A stretch of DNA of 64,000 nucleotides, taken from positions 124,001-188,000 of the IMG/VR virus record IMGVR_UViG_3300028920_000022, one strand, 5' to 3'. A program made the position numbers and the translations under genes. This document shows, piece by piece, positions 55,117 through 63,672 of this stretch. The stretch's first letter is position 1, and each line of letters starts with the position of its first letter. A model generated the notes under the pieces. It saw only the letters and a program-made list of their open reading frames with translations. It did no database searches and had not been told where the DNA came from.

Positions 55117-56474
55117 CTACTTTAAAATCAGATTTTTATACTGATCTAACCGAAGAACAAGTAGAAGAGCAGGAACATCTTAACGGGGATAGACTTAAGA
55201 TATTTCAACCAAAATATCCCTGGACACGTACAGCCAAAACTAAAGACGGCGATTTAGATCGTCCCCGCGAGGATCTAATCGATTTAATGCACTGGGTTAA
55301 AAATGTATTTGCGAAGGATTTGAGGGTTAAAGATTCGGAACAATTAGGTTGCTATATACATAATAAGATTGTTATAGATGGCAGTTTTATTGAGTTTTGC
55401 GAGCAGCACAACGTACACATAAGCTGTTTATATAGAGATTCTGTGGCGTCTTGGAAATCTGACCATAATTTTGAACATTTTATGGCACAGGGTGTTTTTA
55501 AGATTAAGCATGGTCCTCTTACCTTTTTACATGCCGCTTTGTTCCACAAGGGCAACCAAAATGAGGACGAGGTATCATTTTTTGTGGTGGTACATCAAAG
55601 GCATTTTCAGCGATATTTAGAATTTAGAAACAAGTTTGACAAGTGGTTGGTAGAGCGAGACCGGGACCATCTGGAAATACATGTAATTGGTGGGGACGGA
55701 TATCCTTATTCTCGTGATATGCGGTGGGAAGATTTGTTTTTACCCGAAGCTTTAAAGAAAGACATTCGTGGTTCTGTAGAAGGCTTTCTTTCTGCTAAAA
55801 AGTTTTATGAGGAGGCTAAGGTTCCGTGGAAACGTGGAATGTTACTGTACGGCGAAGCGGGCTGTGGAAAAACTACCAGCATTCGTACCATCATTTCTAA
55901 TTACGATTTCAAGCCAGTAACTGTTCATACTTCTACTCAAACTACTGATGACACTATTACCGAAGCATTTGAGTACGCTCAGGAACAAGAGCCGGGTCTG
56001 TTATATATTGAAGATTTGGATACGTTGTTGGGCACGAGCGTAAGCCTGTCTCATTTTTTGAATTTGATGGATGGAGTCCAAACCAATAATGGCATTTTGG
56101 TAATTGCAACCGCAAACGATTTAAGCAAACTGAAAGAGTCTATTACAGATCGTCCATCTAGGTTTGATAGGAAATGGGAAATACCATTGCCGGACGAAAC
56201 TATGTCCGCCAAGTATTTAAAGCGCTGGTTTGGTAGTAGCATTCGCCGCAAAGAATATGCTGAAATCGCTCAAGATAGTGTTAAAAACAATTTTTCTTAT
56301 GCTTATTTAAAGGAATTGTATTTAACTGCGGTTTTTAATGCCCTACATTCTAATCGATCTAAACCCACATTAAATGATATAAAGAAAGCCAAGGAGCAAC
56401 TTCTAGCAGATAAACAAAGGGCAAAAGAAGGTTTTACTCCCGCTCATTACGATCATATTGGAATTGGAGAATAA
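55113..56474 (+). CDS. AAA+ ATPase (classical AAA clade)
   Basis: KRGMLLYGEAGCGKT, YIEDLD, LNLMDG, ATAN, RPSRFDR. Confidence 0.92.
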   Translation: MTTLKSDFYTDLTEEQVEEQEHLNGDRLKIFQPKYPWTRTAKTKDGDLDRPREDLIDLMHWVKNVFAKDLRVKDSEQLGCYIHNKIVIDGSFIEFCEQHNVHISCLYRDSVASWKSDHNFEHFMAQGVFKIKHGPLTFLHAALFHKGNQNEDEVSFFVVVHQRHFQRYLEFRNKFDKWLVERDRDHLEIHVIGGDGYPYSRDMRWEDLFLPEALKKDIRGSVEGFLSAKKFYEEAKVPWKRGMLLYGEAGCGKTTSIRTIISNYDFKPVTVHTSTQTTDDTITEAFEYAQEQEPGLLYIEDLDTLLGTSVSLSHFLNLMDGVQTNNGILVIATANDLSKLKESITDRPSRFDRKWEIPLPDETMSAKYLKRWFGSSIRRKEYAEIAQDSVKNNFSYAYLKELYLTAVFNALHSNRSKPTLNDIKKAKEQLLADKQRAKEGFTPAHYDHIGIGE

Positions 56475-56827
56475 TGTATAAAAGAAATAAAAAATATAAT
56501 ACATTGGGTAATCAGGCGCAACTTTCTCCGCTGCAGGTGGTAGTTCGTGGAAATACCAAGGAGGATTTTGAGCTTGCTTTTCGCGTATTTAAAAAGACGG
56601 TTCAAAGCGAAAAGATTATATCGTTATATAAAGAAAAGCGAGCGTATGAAAAACCATCAGACAAGAAACGCAGGAAACGTAAGGAAGCCCGCGAACGCAG
56701 GTTGGCATTAGCTGCGAAGCAGCGTTTGATAGCTTCTGGCGAGTGGGAAAAGCGCATGCGTAAGAAGCAAGAAAAGAGACAGCAGAGACAGCAGATGCGT
56801 CAGAAGAGCAAAGAGGAAAACTTATGA
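56474..56827 (+). CDS. rpsU: ribosomal protein bS21 homolog
   Basis: VVVRG..FELAFRVFKKTVQSEKIISLYKEKRAYEKPSDKKRRKRKEARER. Confidence 0.88.
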   Translation: MYKRNKKYNTLGNQAQLSPLQVVVRGNTKEDFELAFRVFKKTVQSEKIISLYKEKRAYEKPSDKKRRKRKEARERRLALAAKQRLIASGEWEKRMRKKQEKRQQRQQMRQKSKEENL

Positions 56828-57402
56828 ACAATGATACTCCTGTTTTTAGAAACCCTTATCGCGGTAGGAAGGTTGCCAAAACTGAAGCATATCAACCAGA
56901 ATATGATCGTTTAAAAGTAGAGCCTGTTAGATATCCTATTGATCAAACTGAAGCAGCTGCCTTTACTGAGAAGAACCAGGTGGTTCCTAAAAAGATGGTT
57001 CAACAGCGACCACCAACAGTTCCTAAACAAGCAAAAATACACAGTGGGGATAATGAGGACAACCTGTGGACCAAGGCATTAGAAGATCCGCAGCAGAAAA
57101 TAATGGCGGACGAAGTTCCTTTGCCGCCTCCGGTTGTTAAAGAAACGGGTAGAAATGTTGGTCCAGGAGAAGATAATATAGTTGATGACGTAGGGCTGGA
57201 TGATAACTTTGGTCTGGAATCATTAAAGCCTGGCGAATACATATTGTTGTATAATGATAGTGTTATTTGTGTTGGTGCTTTAGATTTCGTTAAAGAAACC
57301 TTAGCCGACATATTAACCGATTCACAAAATGATGTGGACATTGATGATTTTGTTGTTCTTAAAAGATTAAAGGTTAATGTAGGAATTTTTATCGATGAGT
57401 AG
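56824..57402 (+). CDS. hypothetical protein
   Basis: 192-aa ORF, ATGA-coupled. Confidence 0.7.
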   Translation: MNNDTPVFRNPYRGRKVAKTEAYQPEYDRLKVEPVRYPIDQTEAAAFTEKNQVVPKKMVQQRPPTVPKQAKIHSGDNEDNLWTKALEDPQQKIMADEVPLPPPVVKETGRNVGPGEDNIVDDVGLDDNFGLESLKPGEYILLYNDSVICVGALDFVKETLADILTDSQNDVDIDDFVVLKRLKVNVGIFIDE

Positions 57403-58051
57403 AAAAGCATCCGAAGTATTACTTTCTTTAGAGCAAGAAATTAAGAAAACAAATCAATATCTTACAAATATTGATATGCTTTTAAAGAATTTATCTAATC
57501 GTTTGGGGGCGTTGGAGCGAGCTGTGTCTCAGCCCCTTACGGAAGAAGAGCAGCAATATTTTGCTCAGCCACAGAAAGCTCCTCAGAAAGTGCCGCAGAA
57601 GGCACCAATGCCAGGATTAAAGTCTTCTGTGATTAAAGCCACTGATGGAACCCTGGGAAACGTTCAGGAAGAAGAAGAAGTAGATTTTCCGGAGTATAAT
57701 CCGGACGATTTGGAACTGGAGAATAAACCAATAGGACGAAGGCGAGACGCCAGATATCCTTCCGGACCGTCACAGGAGAAGAAGATCCCTGTACAGCAGC
57801 AGGTTCTTTATGAAAATAATAATAAAAATGTATGCCAGGCAAAAGTAGAAGTCTTTAATTCTAATAATGAGTTGGTTGGTGCGTCGAAAACGAATAATTC
57901 TGGCAAATGGACGCAGCAGTTAATTCCTGGACGATATACAATTAGCTTATCTAAAAAGGGAACTCCAGTACATCCGGCAGTAGAATGTTCGTATTCTGTC
58001 GATGTGCTGGCGGGCAAAAAGATTGTACCATTACCCCCTGTAAAGGTGTAA
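57395..58051 (+). CDS. coiled-coil + carboxypeptidase-regulatory/prealbumin-like beta domain protein
   Basis: AKVEVFN..TNNSGKW..LIPGRYTISLSK. Confidence 0.6.
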   Translation: MSRKASEVLLSLEQEIKKTNQYLTNIDMLLKNLSNRLGALERAVSQPLTEEEQQYFAQPQKAPQKVPQKAPMPGLKSSVIKATDGTLGNVQEEEEVDFPEYNPDDLELENKPIGRRRDARYPSGPSQEKKIPVQQQVLYENNNKNVCQAKVEVFNSNNELVGASKTNNSGKWTQQLIPGRYTISLSKKGTPVHPAVECSYSVDVLAGKKIVPLPPVKV

Positions 58052-58054
58052 AAA

Positions 58055-58450
58055 ATGAAGGTATATCTAGCATCGTATTTGCAACCAGAGAACCATGGTC
58101 CCGGTAGAAAAATTGCCATCGCTTCTACGAAACCAGACAATATTGATGTTTCTGGAGCCTGGAGCTTTGCTATTCCTGACGAAGAATTATTGCAAGATTA
58201 TCGCAGAAAACAATTAGATGATCAAACGGCTGCTGCGGCATTGTTTAATGATGGTTATAAACGTCAGTTAGATAATGTTTTTGGTAGCATTAAAATTGAT
58301 GCAGAGAGAGATAGTAAAGAGCCAGTAGAACTTTTGCCTTTTGAGAATGGTGATACGTTGTTGTCGTGGGAACGCGAAGGTTTTACAAATTATAGGGGAA
58401 TTTTAGCCGGCTATTTAAAGAGTATTGGCGTAGATGTAGTACTGCGATGA
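58055..58450 (+). CDS. hypothetical protein (weak DUF488-like resemblance)
   Basis: 131-aa ORF; PDEELL..Y..QL..TLLSWE..R.ILAGYL. Confidence 0.55.
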   Translation: MKVYLASYLQPENHGPGRKIAIASTKPDNIDVSGAWSFAIPDEELLQDYRRKQLDDQTAAAALFNDGYKRQLDNVFGSIKIDAERDSKEPVELLPFENGDTLLSWEREGFTNYRGILAGYLKSIGVDVVLR

Positions 58451-58902
58451 CTGCTGACGAGCCTAAGAAAAAGAAGCGAAAGAATCCTTGGCACAAACGC
58501 CGGGTTAATCAACGATATAACTCTCTGTGTGATAAAATAGAGAACCATCCTTTGTTTCTTGGTAAAGTTAAATCTATGGATGATTTATTAGGAGATTTAA
58601 ACAAAAACACCGATACCATGATACGAATACGCGCTGATTATGAAAAGATTATGACCCGTAAAACCAGGGGAGATTTGATGCAAGACCTTCCTATAGATAA
58701 TTTGGAAGATTTATATCAGATGGAACATGATGGCTATGTAAGCAAGCCACGGTTTAGTGATTTGGTAAAAGCCAACCAGTTGCGAAAACAAGGACAGGAA
58801 ATAGCGGAAAACAAAGAGACGCTTATTACCAACATCAAGGTTGCACAAATAGATTTAATTCTCGCCGAGATTGACATCATTTTAAAAGAGAGCAAAAGTT
58901 AA
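58447..58902 (+). CDS. hypothetical protein
   Basis: ATGA-coupled. Confidence 0.65.
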   Translation: MTADEPKKKKRKNPWHKRRVNQRYNSLCDKIENHPLFLGKVKSMDDLLGDLNKNTDTMIRIRADYEKIMTRKTRGDLMQDLPIDNLEDLYQMEHDGYVSKPRFSDLVKANQLRKQGQEIAENKETLITNIKVAQIDLILAEIDIILKESKS

Positions 58903-59570
58903 TGAAATTTGGGCTTATAGTTTCCGATCCCCCATGGGAAATGCGGGATAAACTCAAGATGAGCAAAGTTAAGCGTGGTGCCGCAGCGCAATATGATGTG
59001 TTAAACCCTAAAGATATAATTAATCTGGATGTAAAATCTATTGCTGAAGATGAAGCAGTTTTAGCATTATGGGTGCCGTCGGCAATGTTAGAGGATGGTT
59101 TGCTGGCAATGAAAAATTGGGGGTTTTCTTATAAACAAACCTGGATTTGGGTTAAAACTAAAATATATCCATTTAGTTCTTTTATTAAAGCAATTAAACA
59201 AGGAATGTCAGTTGATGATTTTAAAGAGGCTATTAAAGGTTTTGATCTTAATAGCATATTAAACTTCAATATGGGAAGTCTTTTTAGACAGACTCACGAG
59301 GTATGTTTGATTGGAGTGAGGGGGAGAGTGGGCAAGTTTAGAAAGAACAAAGCACAACGTTCGGTTTTTATTGGTCCTGCGTTACCAAAACACTCTGAAA
59401 AACCCGAAGAACTGCAGGACCGGTTGGATAAAATGTTCCCGGATATGGGAAATCGTTTGGAGATGTTTGCTCGTCGAGAACGACCTGGGTACGTTTGTGT
59501 TGGGTACGAGTGCCCGTCGACTCCCCAAGAAGATATTAGAGATTCTATTGATAGACTAAAAAATATCTAA
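58902..59570 (+). CDS. MT-A70 family adenine methyltransferase
   Basis: SDPPW, LALWV, WGFSY..W.WVK, E.CLIG.RG, HSEKPE, LEMFAR. Confidence 0.92.
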   Translation: MKFGLIVSDPPWEMRDKLKMSKVKRGAAAQYDVLNPKDIINLDVKSIAEDEAVLALWVPSAMLEDGLLAMKNWGFSYKQTWIWVKTKIYPFSSFIKAIKQGMSVDDFKEAIKGFDLNSILNFNMGSLFRQTHEVCLIGVRGRVGKFRKNKAQRSVFIGPALPKHSEKPEELQDRLDKMFPDMGNRLEMFARRERPGYVCVGYECPSTPQEDIRDSIDRLKNI

Positions 59571-59626
59571 TTGAGTAATTGCGGCTGTCCTCATCCGCCC
59601 AGTATAACTTAACCGGAGTTACTTTT

Positions 59627-60388
59627 ATGAATGGAATGATTATTTTTGACGATAAAGAATTTGTAATTGATGTTAAACAATATGAAAAGCGTGTTTGGGA
59701 TTTTGCTGACCAAATATGTAGTGACGAAAACTACATGAATTATATGCAACACCAACGCAGAGCAGACCGTTGGAAAGTAAAACAAAACATTATTGATAGC
59801 AAATTACCTGAGTGTGCTGTAAACGAATTTTTAATTGACATTGGGGGACCGGACTTACCTGATAATCCTGATTTTAGAGTTTATGATAAGAAAGGAAAGA
59901 GCTGGGCTCCGGACCTTAGATATACTTTTGATGGTCCATGGACTTTAAGCTGTGGGTCGGAAAGTATTGAATTGGACACGAACCAGTTAGATGTGGCGGT
60001 GAAAAGTTGTACCCGAGAAACTGCAAACAAATATGGGGCATCTTTTGTTTTTAATATAGGAACAGATTCTAAACCTAATACTATTGAAAATGCTATTTCT
60101 GGCGCTAAACACGATGGGTGTGATGAATTATTTATTAGCGGAAAAGACCAGGATGTAGTAGCTTTTGTTTTGTTTGATAGGGCTAAAATGGAATGTGAGT
60201 TGCGGGGCTTTGCAAGCTGGACATCATTAAAAAATGATTATAAAAATGCTTTTGGACAGATGAGATTGCCAAAATTCCGTACAATTAAAACCGCAGTTTA
60301 TGATTCTTATTTACAAAGTATGCGTGATAAATCAGAAAAGTATAGCAAACTGAATGTCTTTTTCACTAGTTGTGGAGTTGAACTATGA
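59627..60388 (+). CDS. hypothetical protein (possible PD-(D/E)xK nuclease fold)
   Basis: E....PD....DVAVKS pattern; SD GGAG. Confidence 0.55.
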   Translation: MNGMIIFDDKEFVIDVKQYEKRVWDFADQICSDENYMNYMQHQRRADRWKVKQNIIDSKLPECAVNEFLIDIGGPDLPDNPDFRVYDKKGKSWAPDLRYTFDGPWTLSCGSESIELDTNQLDVAVKSCTRETANKYGASFVFNIGTDSKPNTIENAISGAKHDGCDELFISGKDQDVVAFVLFDRAKMECELRGFASWTSLKNDYKNAFGQMRLPKFRTIKTAVYDSYLQSMRDKSEKYSKLNVFFTSCGVEL

Positions 60389-60786
60389 TGTACATAATCA
60401 ATCTAATCATTGGAGATTGGGCTCACGAAGGGCATGGTAAGTCTTCGATTGTTACTATTCGTAGCACATTGTCTAAGTCTGAAATTGACAACGCTTACCT
60501 AGAAGGATCAAAGAAATTGGGGTTTTCTTTTATAGAAGAGGTGGGAGTAGAGTTTGGTGGTTGTCTTCTTACCCAAGAACGTTTGGATGCTTTAGACGAA
60601 GCAGGCGTGGATACCTCATGTGTAACAAATTATGGAACTGAAGGATATTACATTGACGATGAGGATTCATTCGTCGAACTGTATCTTTCTATCGTTAATT
60701 TGGGTGACGATACTTTCGAGTGGGAACGAGTGGGACATGAGGAAAACCATATTCGTATAGGTGGATATGGGATTTTTGGAGACTGA
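60385..60786 (+). CDS. hypothetical phage protein
   Basis: IGDWAHEGHG..IGGYGIF. Confidence 0.7.
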   Translation: MMYIINLIIGDWAHEGHGKSSIVTIRSTLSKSEIDNAYLEGSKKLGFSFIEEVGVEFGGCLLTQERLDALDEAGVDTSCVTNYGTEGYYIDDEDSFVELYLSIVNLGDDTFEWERVGHEENHIRIGGYGIFGD

Positions 60787-60788
60787 GT

Positions 60789-60884
60789 ATGACTGATAAG
60801 AACGCAAATATCGTTATCCTGTTGGGTATTGGTTTTATAGCCGGGTTTATGGCAAGCGAATTGGTTAATTATTTCCTATATTAA
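60789..60884 (+). CDS. 31-aa single-TM peptide (not in ORF track)
   Basis: MTDKNANIVILLGIGFIAGFMASELVNYFLY; SD GGAG. Confidence 0.45.
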   Translation: MTDKNANIVILLGIGFIAGFMASELVNYFLY

Positions 60885-60895
60885 TTATCCCACAT
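60882..60895 (+). promoter_or_regulatory. candidate phage-specific promoter TAAT-N7-CAT
   Basis: TAAT-tatccca-CAT, 6 nt before ATG. Confidence 0.55.
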
Positions 60896-60901
60896 ACAAA
60901 T

Positions 60902-61864
60902 ATGTGGAAAAATTTGCTCAAAGATGCTGATTTATTTGAGAAATTTGCTAAAGCTCAGCCGATCTACATGTATCACGGAACGGCTGAGGATGTTTTGCCG
61001 AGCATTTTGAGCCAGGGACTGATTACTAATCCTAAACAGAGGGCTTGGGCAGAAGATCCTGATGCAAGTTTTTGGATGCCGTCACGCCAATCTTTACATA
61101 GTATATATTTAACCAGCAATTTATTAACGGCATTAGGTTCTGGAGGTCGCCGCCGGAACGAAAAACTAGCTAGAATTCTTCTTATAGTATCAGTACAGCC
61201 GCAATCGTTGGACGCTGATGAGGATTCGTTTATCGGCTTACGGGCAGCAACTCCGACCCACTGGTCGGAGTTTTTGGTTGCGATGGCGTATATTGAGGAA
61301 ATGTCTGGGAAATCAGACGGTACCGTGAACGACGCTGCCATGAAAAAAGATTACGTTGATACTAATCTTGAACGAATAAAGGACAAACTCAAACAGCCAT
61401 TACATCCCGCATTAGCAACGAGACTCAAGGTTCTTTTGGAAAAGTGTTATCTTCCAGCTTTGGCTCGTAAAGCAGCATATGTAGATGCTGGAAGTTGGGA
61501 ACGTGCACAATATCACTTGGAAGTTCAAAATGTAGAACAGCCCAACAAAAACAAAGCAGAACAAGAATTCAAACGTTGTCAGGACCAAGTCACTAGAACA
61601 TTACATATTTTGGCGCGTCCTGATGAGGTTAATGATTTGTTTGACTTTACTGCCAGATCAAATACACCAATTGGATTTTCTGGATCAAACAAGATCGTTG
61701 CTATCTTCAAAGAAGTTCCTAGACCAGATAGCGATTTTAGAAAATGGCTACAGCTTGTCTACCCCGATTCTGTTGATCAGATTCCAGAGGAAGCTCTCAA
61801 TAAACTTATGCAGGACTGGAATCAAACCGTAGGTCCTGGGTTACAAATATTACCGCGTAATTAA
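60902..61864 (+). CDS. ADP-ribosyltransferase-fold protein with KxA leader
   Basis: LLKDADLFEKFAKA leader; MYHGT..LPSILSQGL, IYLTS, DED. Confidence 0.6.
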   Translation: MWKNLLKDADLFEKFAKAQPIYMYHGTAEDVLPSILSQGLITNPKQRAWAEDPDASFWMPSRQSLHSIYLTSNLLTALGSGGRRRNEKLARILLIVSVQPQSLDADEDSFIGLRAATPTHWSEFLVAMAYIEEMSGKSDGTVNDAAMKKDYVDTNLERIKDKLKQPLHPALATRLKVLLEKCYLPALARKAAYVDAGSWERAQYHLEVQNVEQPNKNKAEQEFKRCQDQVTRTLHILARPDEVNDLFDFTARSNTPIGFSGSNKIVAIFKEVPRPDSDFRKWLQLVYPDSVDQIPEEALNKLMQDWNQTVGPGLQILPRN

Positions 61865-62668
61865 TAATTCTTTTTTATTTCTTACAGTATTAATTGTATA
61901 TTTAAGCTCTATTTCTTTTATTGTTGCCCAGCTATATAATTTTCGTATTTCAGGGCAATCATCATAAGATAAAACCCAAGGATGTTTGGTTTGGCGTAAC
62001 GATTTCGCCAAGCGCTCGTGATCTTGTGTGGTGAACCCATGCTGGTACATTTCATTACCTTTAATAAAATAAGGAGGATCTAAATACATAAAAGCTTGAC
62101 AATCATTATTTTTAATTAGCTCTTCAAAGTCCAAACTCCAACACTTGTACCCACGCACGTGTGTGTTTGATAATAGTGGGTAAATGTTATCTATATTTTT
62201 AAACAGCGTTTTAGGGGACCAGCGACAATCTATTTTGTATTGTGACTTTTGGTTTACACCACCTAAGGGTCCACCAGATTTCGTGCCCAAACCAGAATAA
62301 GATATTTGATGTATGGCGAGTTTTTTGAATCCTACATCGGTAATATCGAAAATATTAGGAATAGACGTTAATTCCTTTTTAAATTCCCAAAAATGAGATG
62401 TGTTGGGAACAAATGAACTGATTTTTTCTTTTAAACCTTCTGAGTCTATTAGGATAGCCGTCCAGAGGGCAGCCATTCCCTTATCGATATCATTTATCCA
62501 CAGTTTTTTGATGTTAATATTTGATAATAGTTTAAAACCAATCGAGCCCCCTCCAAAGAAAGGTTCTCTATATTCTGCGTTGGTATTTTTTTCAAATATA
62601 GAGGTGAGTGCTGCGAGTATTGGTTTACTAATTTTGGCTTTTCCGCCTGGATATCGCAATAACATCAT
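61850..62668 (-). CDS. Dam-like (D12 class) DNA adenine methyltransferase
   Basis: LRYPGGK, EPFFGGGS, INDID, YLDPPY, LSYDD, ELLI. Confidence 0.93.
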   Translation of the reverse strand: MMLLRYPGGKAKISKPILAALTSIFEKNTNAEYREPFFGGGSIGFKLLSNINIKKLWINDIDKGMAALWTAILIDSEGLKEKISSFVPNTSHFWEFKKELTSIPNIFDITDVGFKKLAIHQISYSGLGTKSGGPLGGVNQKSQYKIDCRWSPKTLFKNIDNIYPLLSNTHVRGYKCWSLDFEELIKNNDCQAFMYLDPPYFIKGNEMYQHGFTTQDHERLAKSLRQTKHPWVLSYDDCPEIRKLYSWATIKEIELKYTINTVRNKKELLITR

Positions 62669-62714
62669 CGGGATGTATGGGAAAAACCAGCAGTCTCGAC
62701 GCTATTCAGGCTGG

Positions 62715-62728
62715 TAATAGAGAAACAT
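62715..62728 (+). promoter_or_regulatory. candidate phage-specific promoter TAAT-N7-CAT
   Basis: TAAT-agagaaa-CAT, 6 nt before ATG. Confidence 0.55.
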
Positions 62729-62734
62729 AAGAGT

Positions 62735-63319
62735 ATGGTCAAGTTTAAAGTATCCGAATCGGCAAATTGTCAGGTGTGTAGCGAGGAATTCCATGATTTC
62801 CAGCTAAAAACCACCAAAGTAGGTTCTAAAGTACTGGACATTTGTCCAGGATGTCTTGAATCCTTTTCTAATTATGTAGATGCGGCTAAAATTTTAAACA
62901 AGATTGCTCAACCAGCAGATGTTCAACTGGAGTCTCCTAATGTGGTTGTAGAGCCTATGCAACCGGTCATTCAGCGTGCTACAGAAGTTTTGAAGAGAAT
63001 GGATCCTAATTATTTTATTGGTGTTAGGAAAATCAAGGCGGGCGTTTCTCCTTATTTTGGGCATGTAGAATCTGGTCCAGACAAAGACCCAGCTGTTATT
63101 AATATTAATCTAGGTATGGTTTCCCAGAAGGCACGAGAATATAATGCTAATCCCGTTATAGCTTCTGCTATTGTTATTGCTCACGAAAAGGGACATGTGG
63201 GTAGTTATGAACAGCAACAGGGGTTTGTAGGTGGAGAATCTCCTGCCGAACAAGAAGAGCAAAGAGTGGCTGCTTGGATTGAAAAGAACAAAGATCGTTT
63301 GCAAGATTTGATGCAATAA
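62735..63319 (+). CDS. zinc-ribbon + HExxH zincin-like protein
   Basis: CQVC..CPGC; ILNKIA site; AHEKGH..GGESPAE. Confidence 0.65.
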   Translation: MVKFKVSESANCQVCSEEFHDFQLKTTKVGSKVLDICPGCLESFSNYVDAAKILNKIAQPADVQLESPNVVVEPMQPVIQRATEVLKRMDPNYFIGVRKIKAGVSPYFGHVESGPDKDPAVININLGMVSQKAREYNANPVIASAIVIAHEKGHVGSYEQQQGFVGGESPAEQEEQRVAAWIEKNKDRLQDLMQ

Positions 63320-63333
63320 TCGATAGGTAATTT

Positions 63334-63663
63334 ATGGATATTATAAAACTAGCAAAACATTTTGAAAATAAAATTTCTAAAACATCTGGAGCTTTCGGTT
63401 CCGGAATAGACCGCTCCGATATTGAAAATATTCAAAATTCTCTTAATCAAGCAATAGATTCTATAGACCAAGGCGAGAGAGTTGCTAAACATCTTCAACA
63501 AAACGCAAAAGAGCCTATGAGAAGATTATTATCCAAAATTGAAGCTCGTTTTAGAGCCGCTAAAAAGGATTTATCTGAAAGCCAGTGGAGTACGTATAAT
63601 GAAAGTTATGATTCTGTTGGTGTTATGATAAAACAATTGATGAAGTCTATGGGAAATTGGTAA
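63334..63663 (+). CDS. hypothetical protein with KLA..F..KxS leader
   Basis: MDIIKLAKHFENKISKTS. Confidence 0.65.
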   Translation: MDIIKLAKHFENKISKTSGAFGSGIDRSDIENIQNSLNQAIDSIDQGERVAKHLQQNAKEPMRRLLSKIEARFRAAKKDLSESQWSTYNESYDSVGVMIKQLMKSMGNW

Positions 63664-63672
63664 GTGTGAGTT

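Noticed and set aside
52930-56827. Interpretation as a bacterial chromosome because of topA, clpP, rnhB, rpsU
   Set aside because: These genes are scattered among about 100 small orphan ORFs without their usual operon neighbours, alongside T4-like RNA ligase and other phage-typical families.
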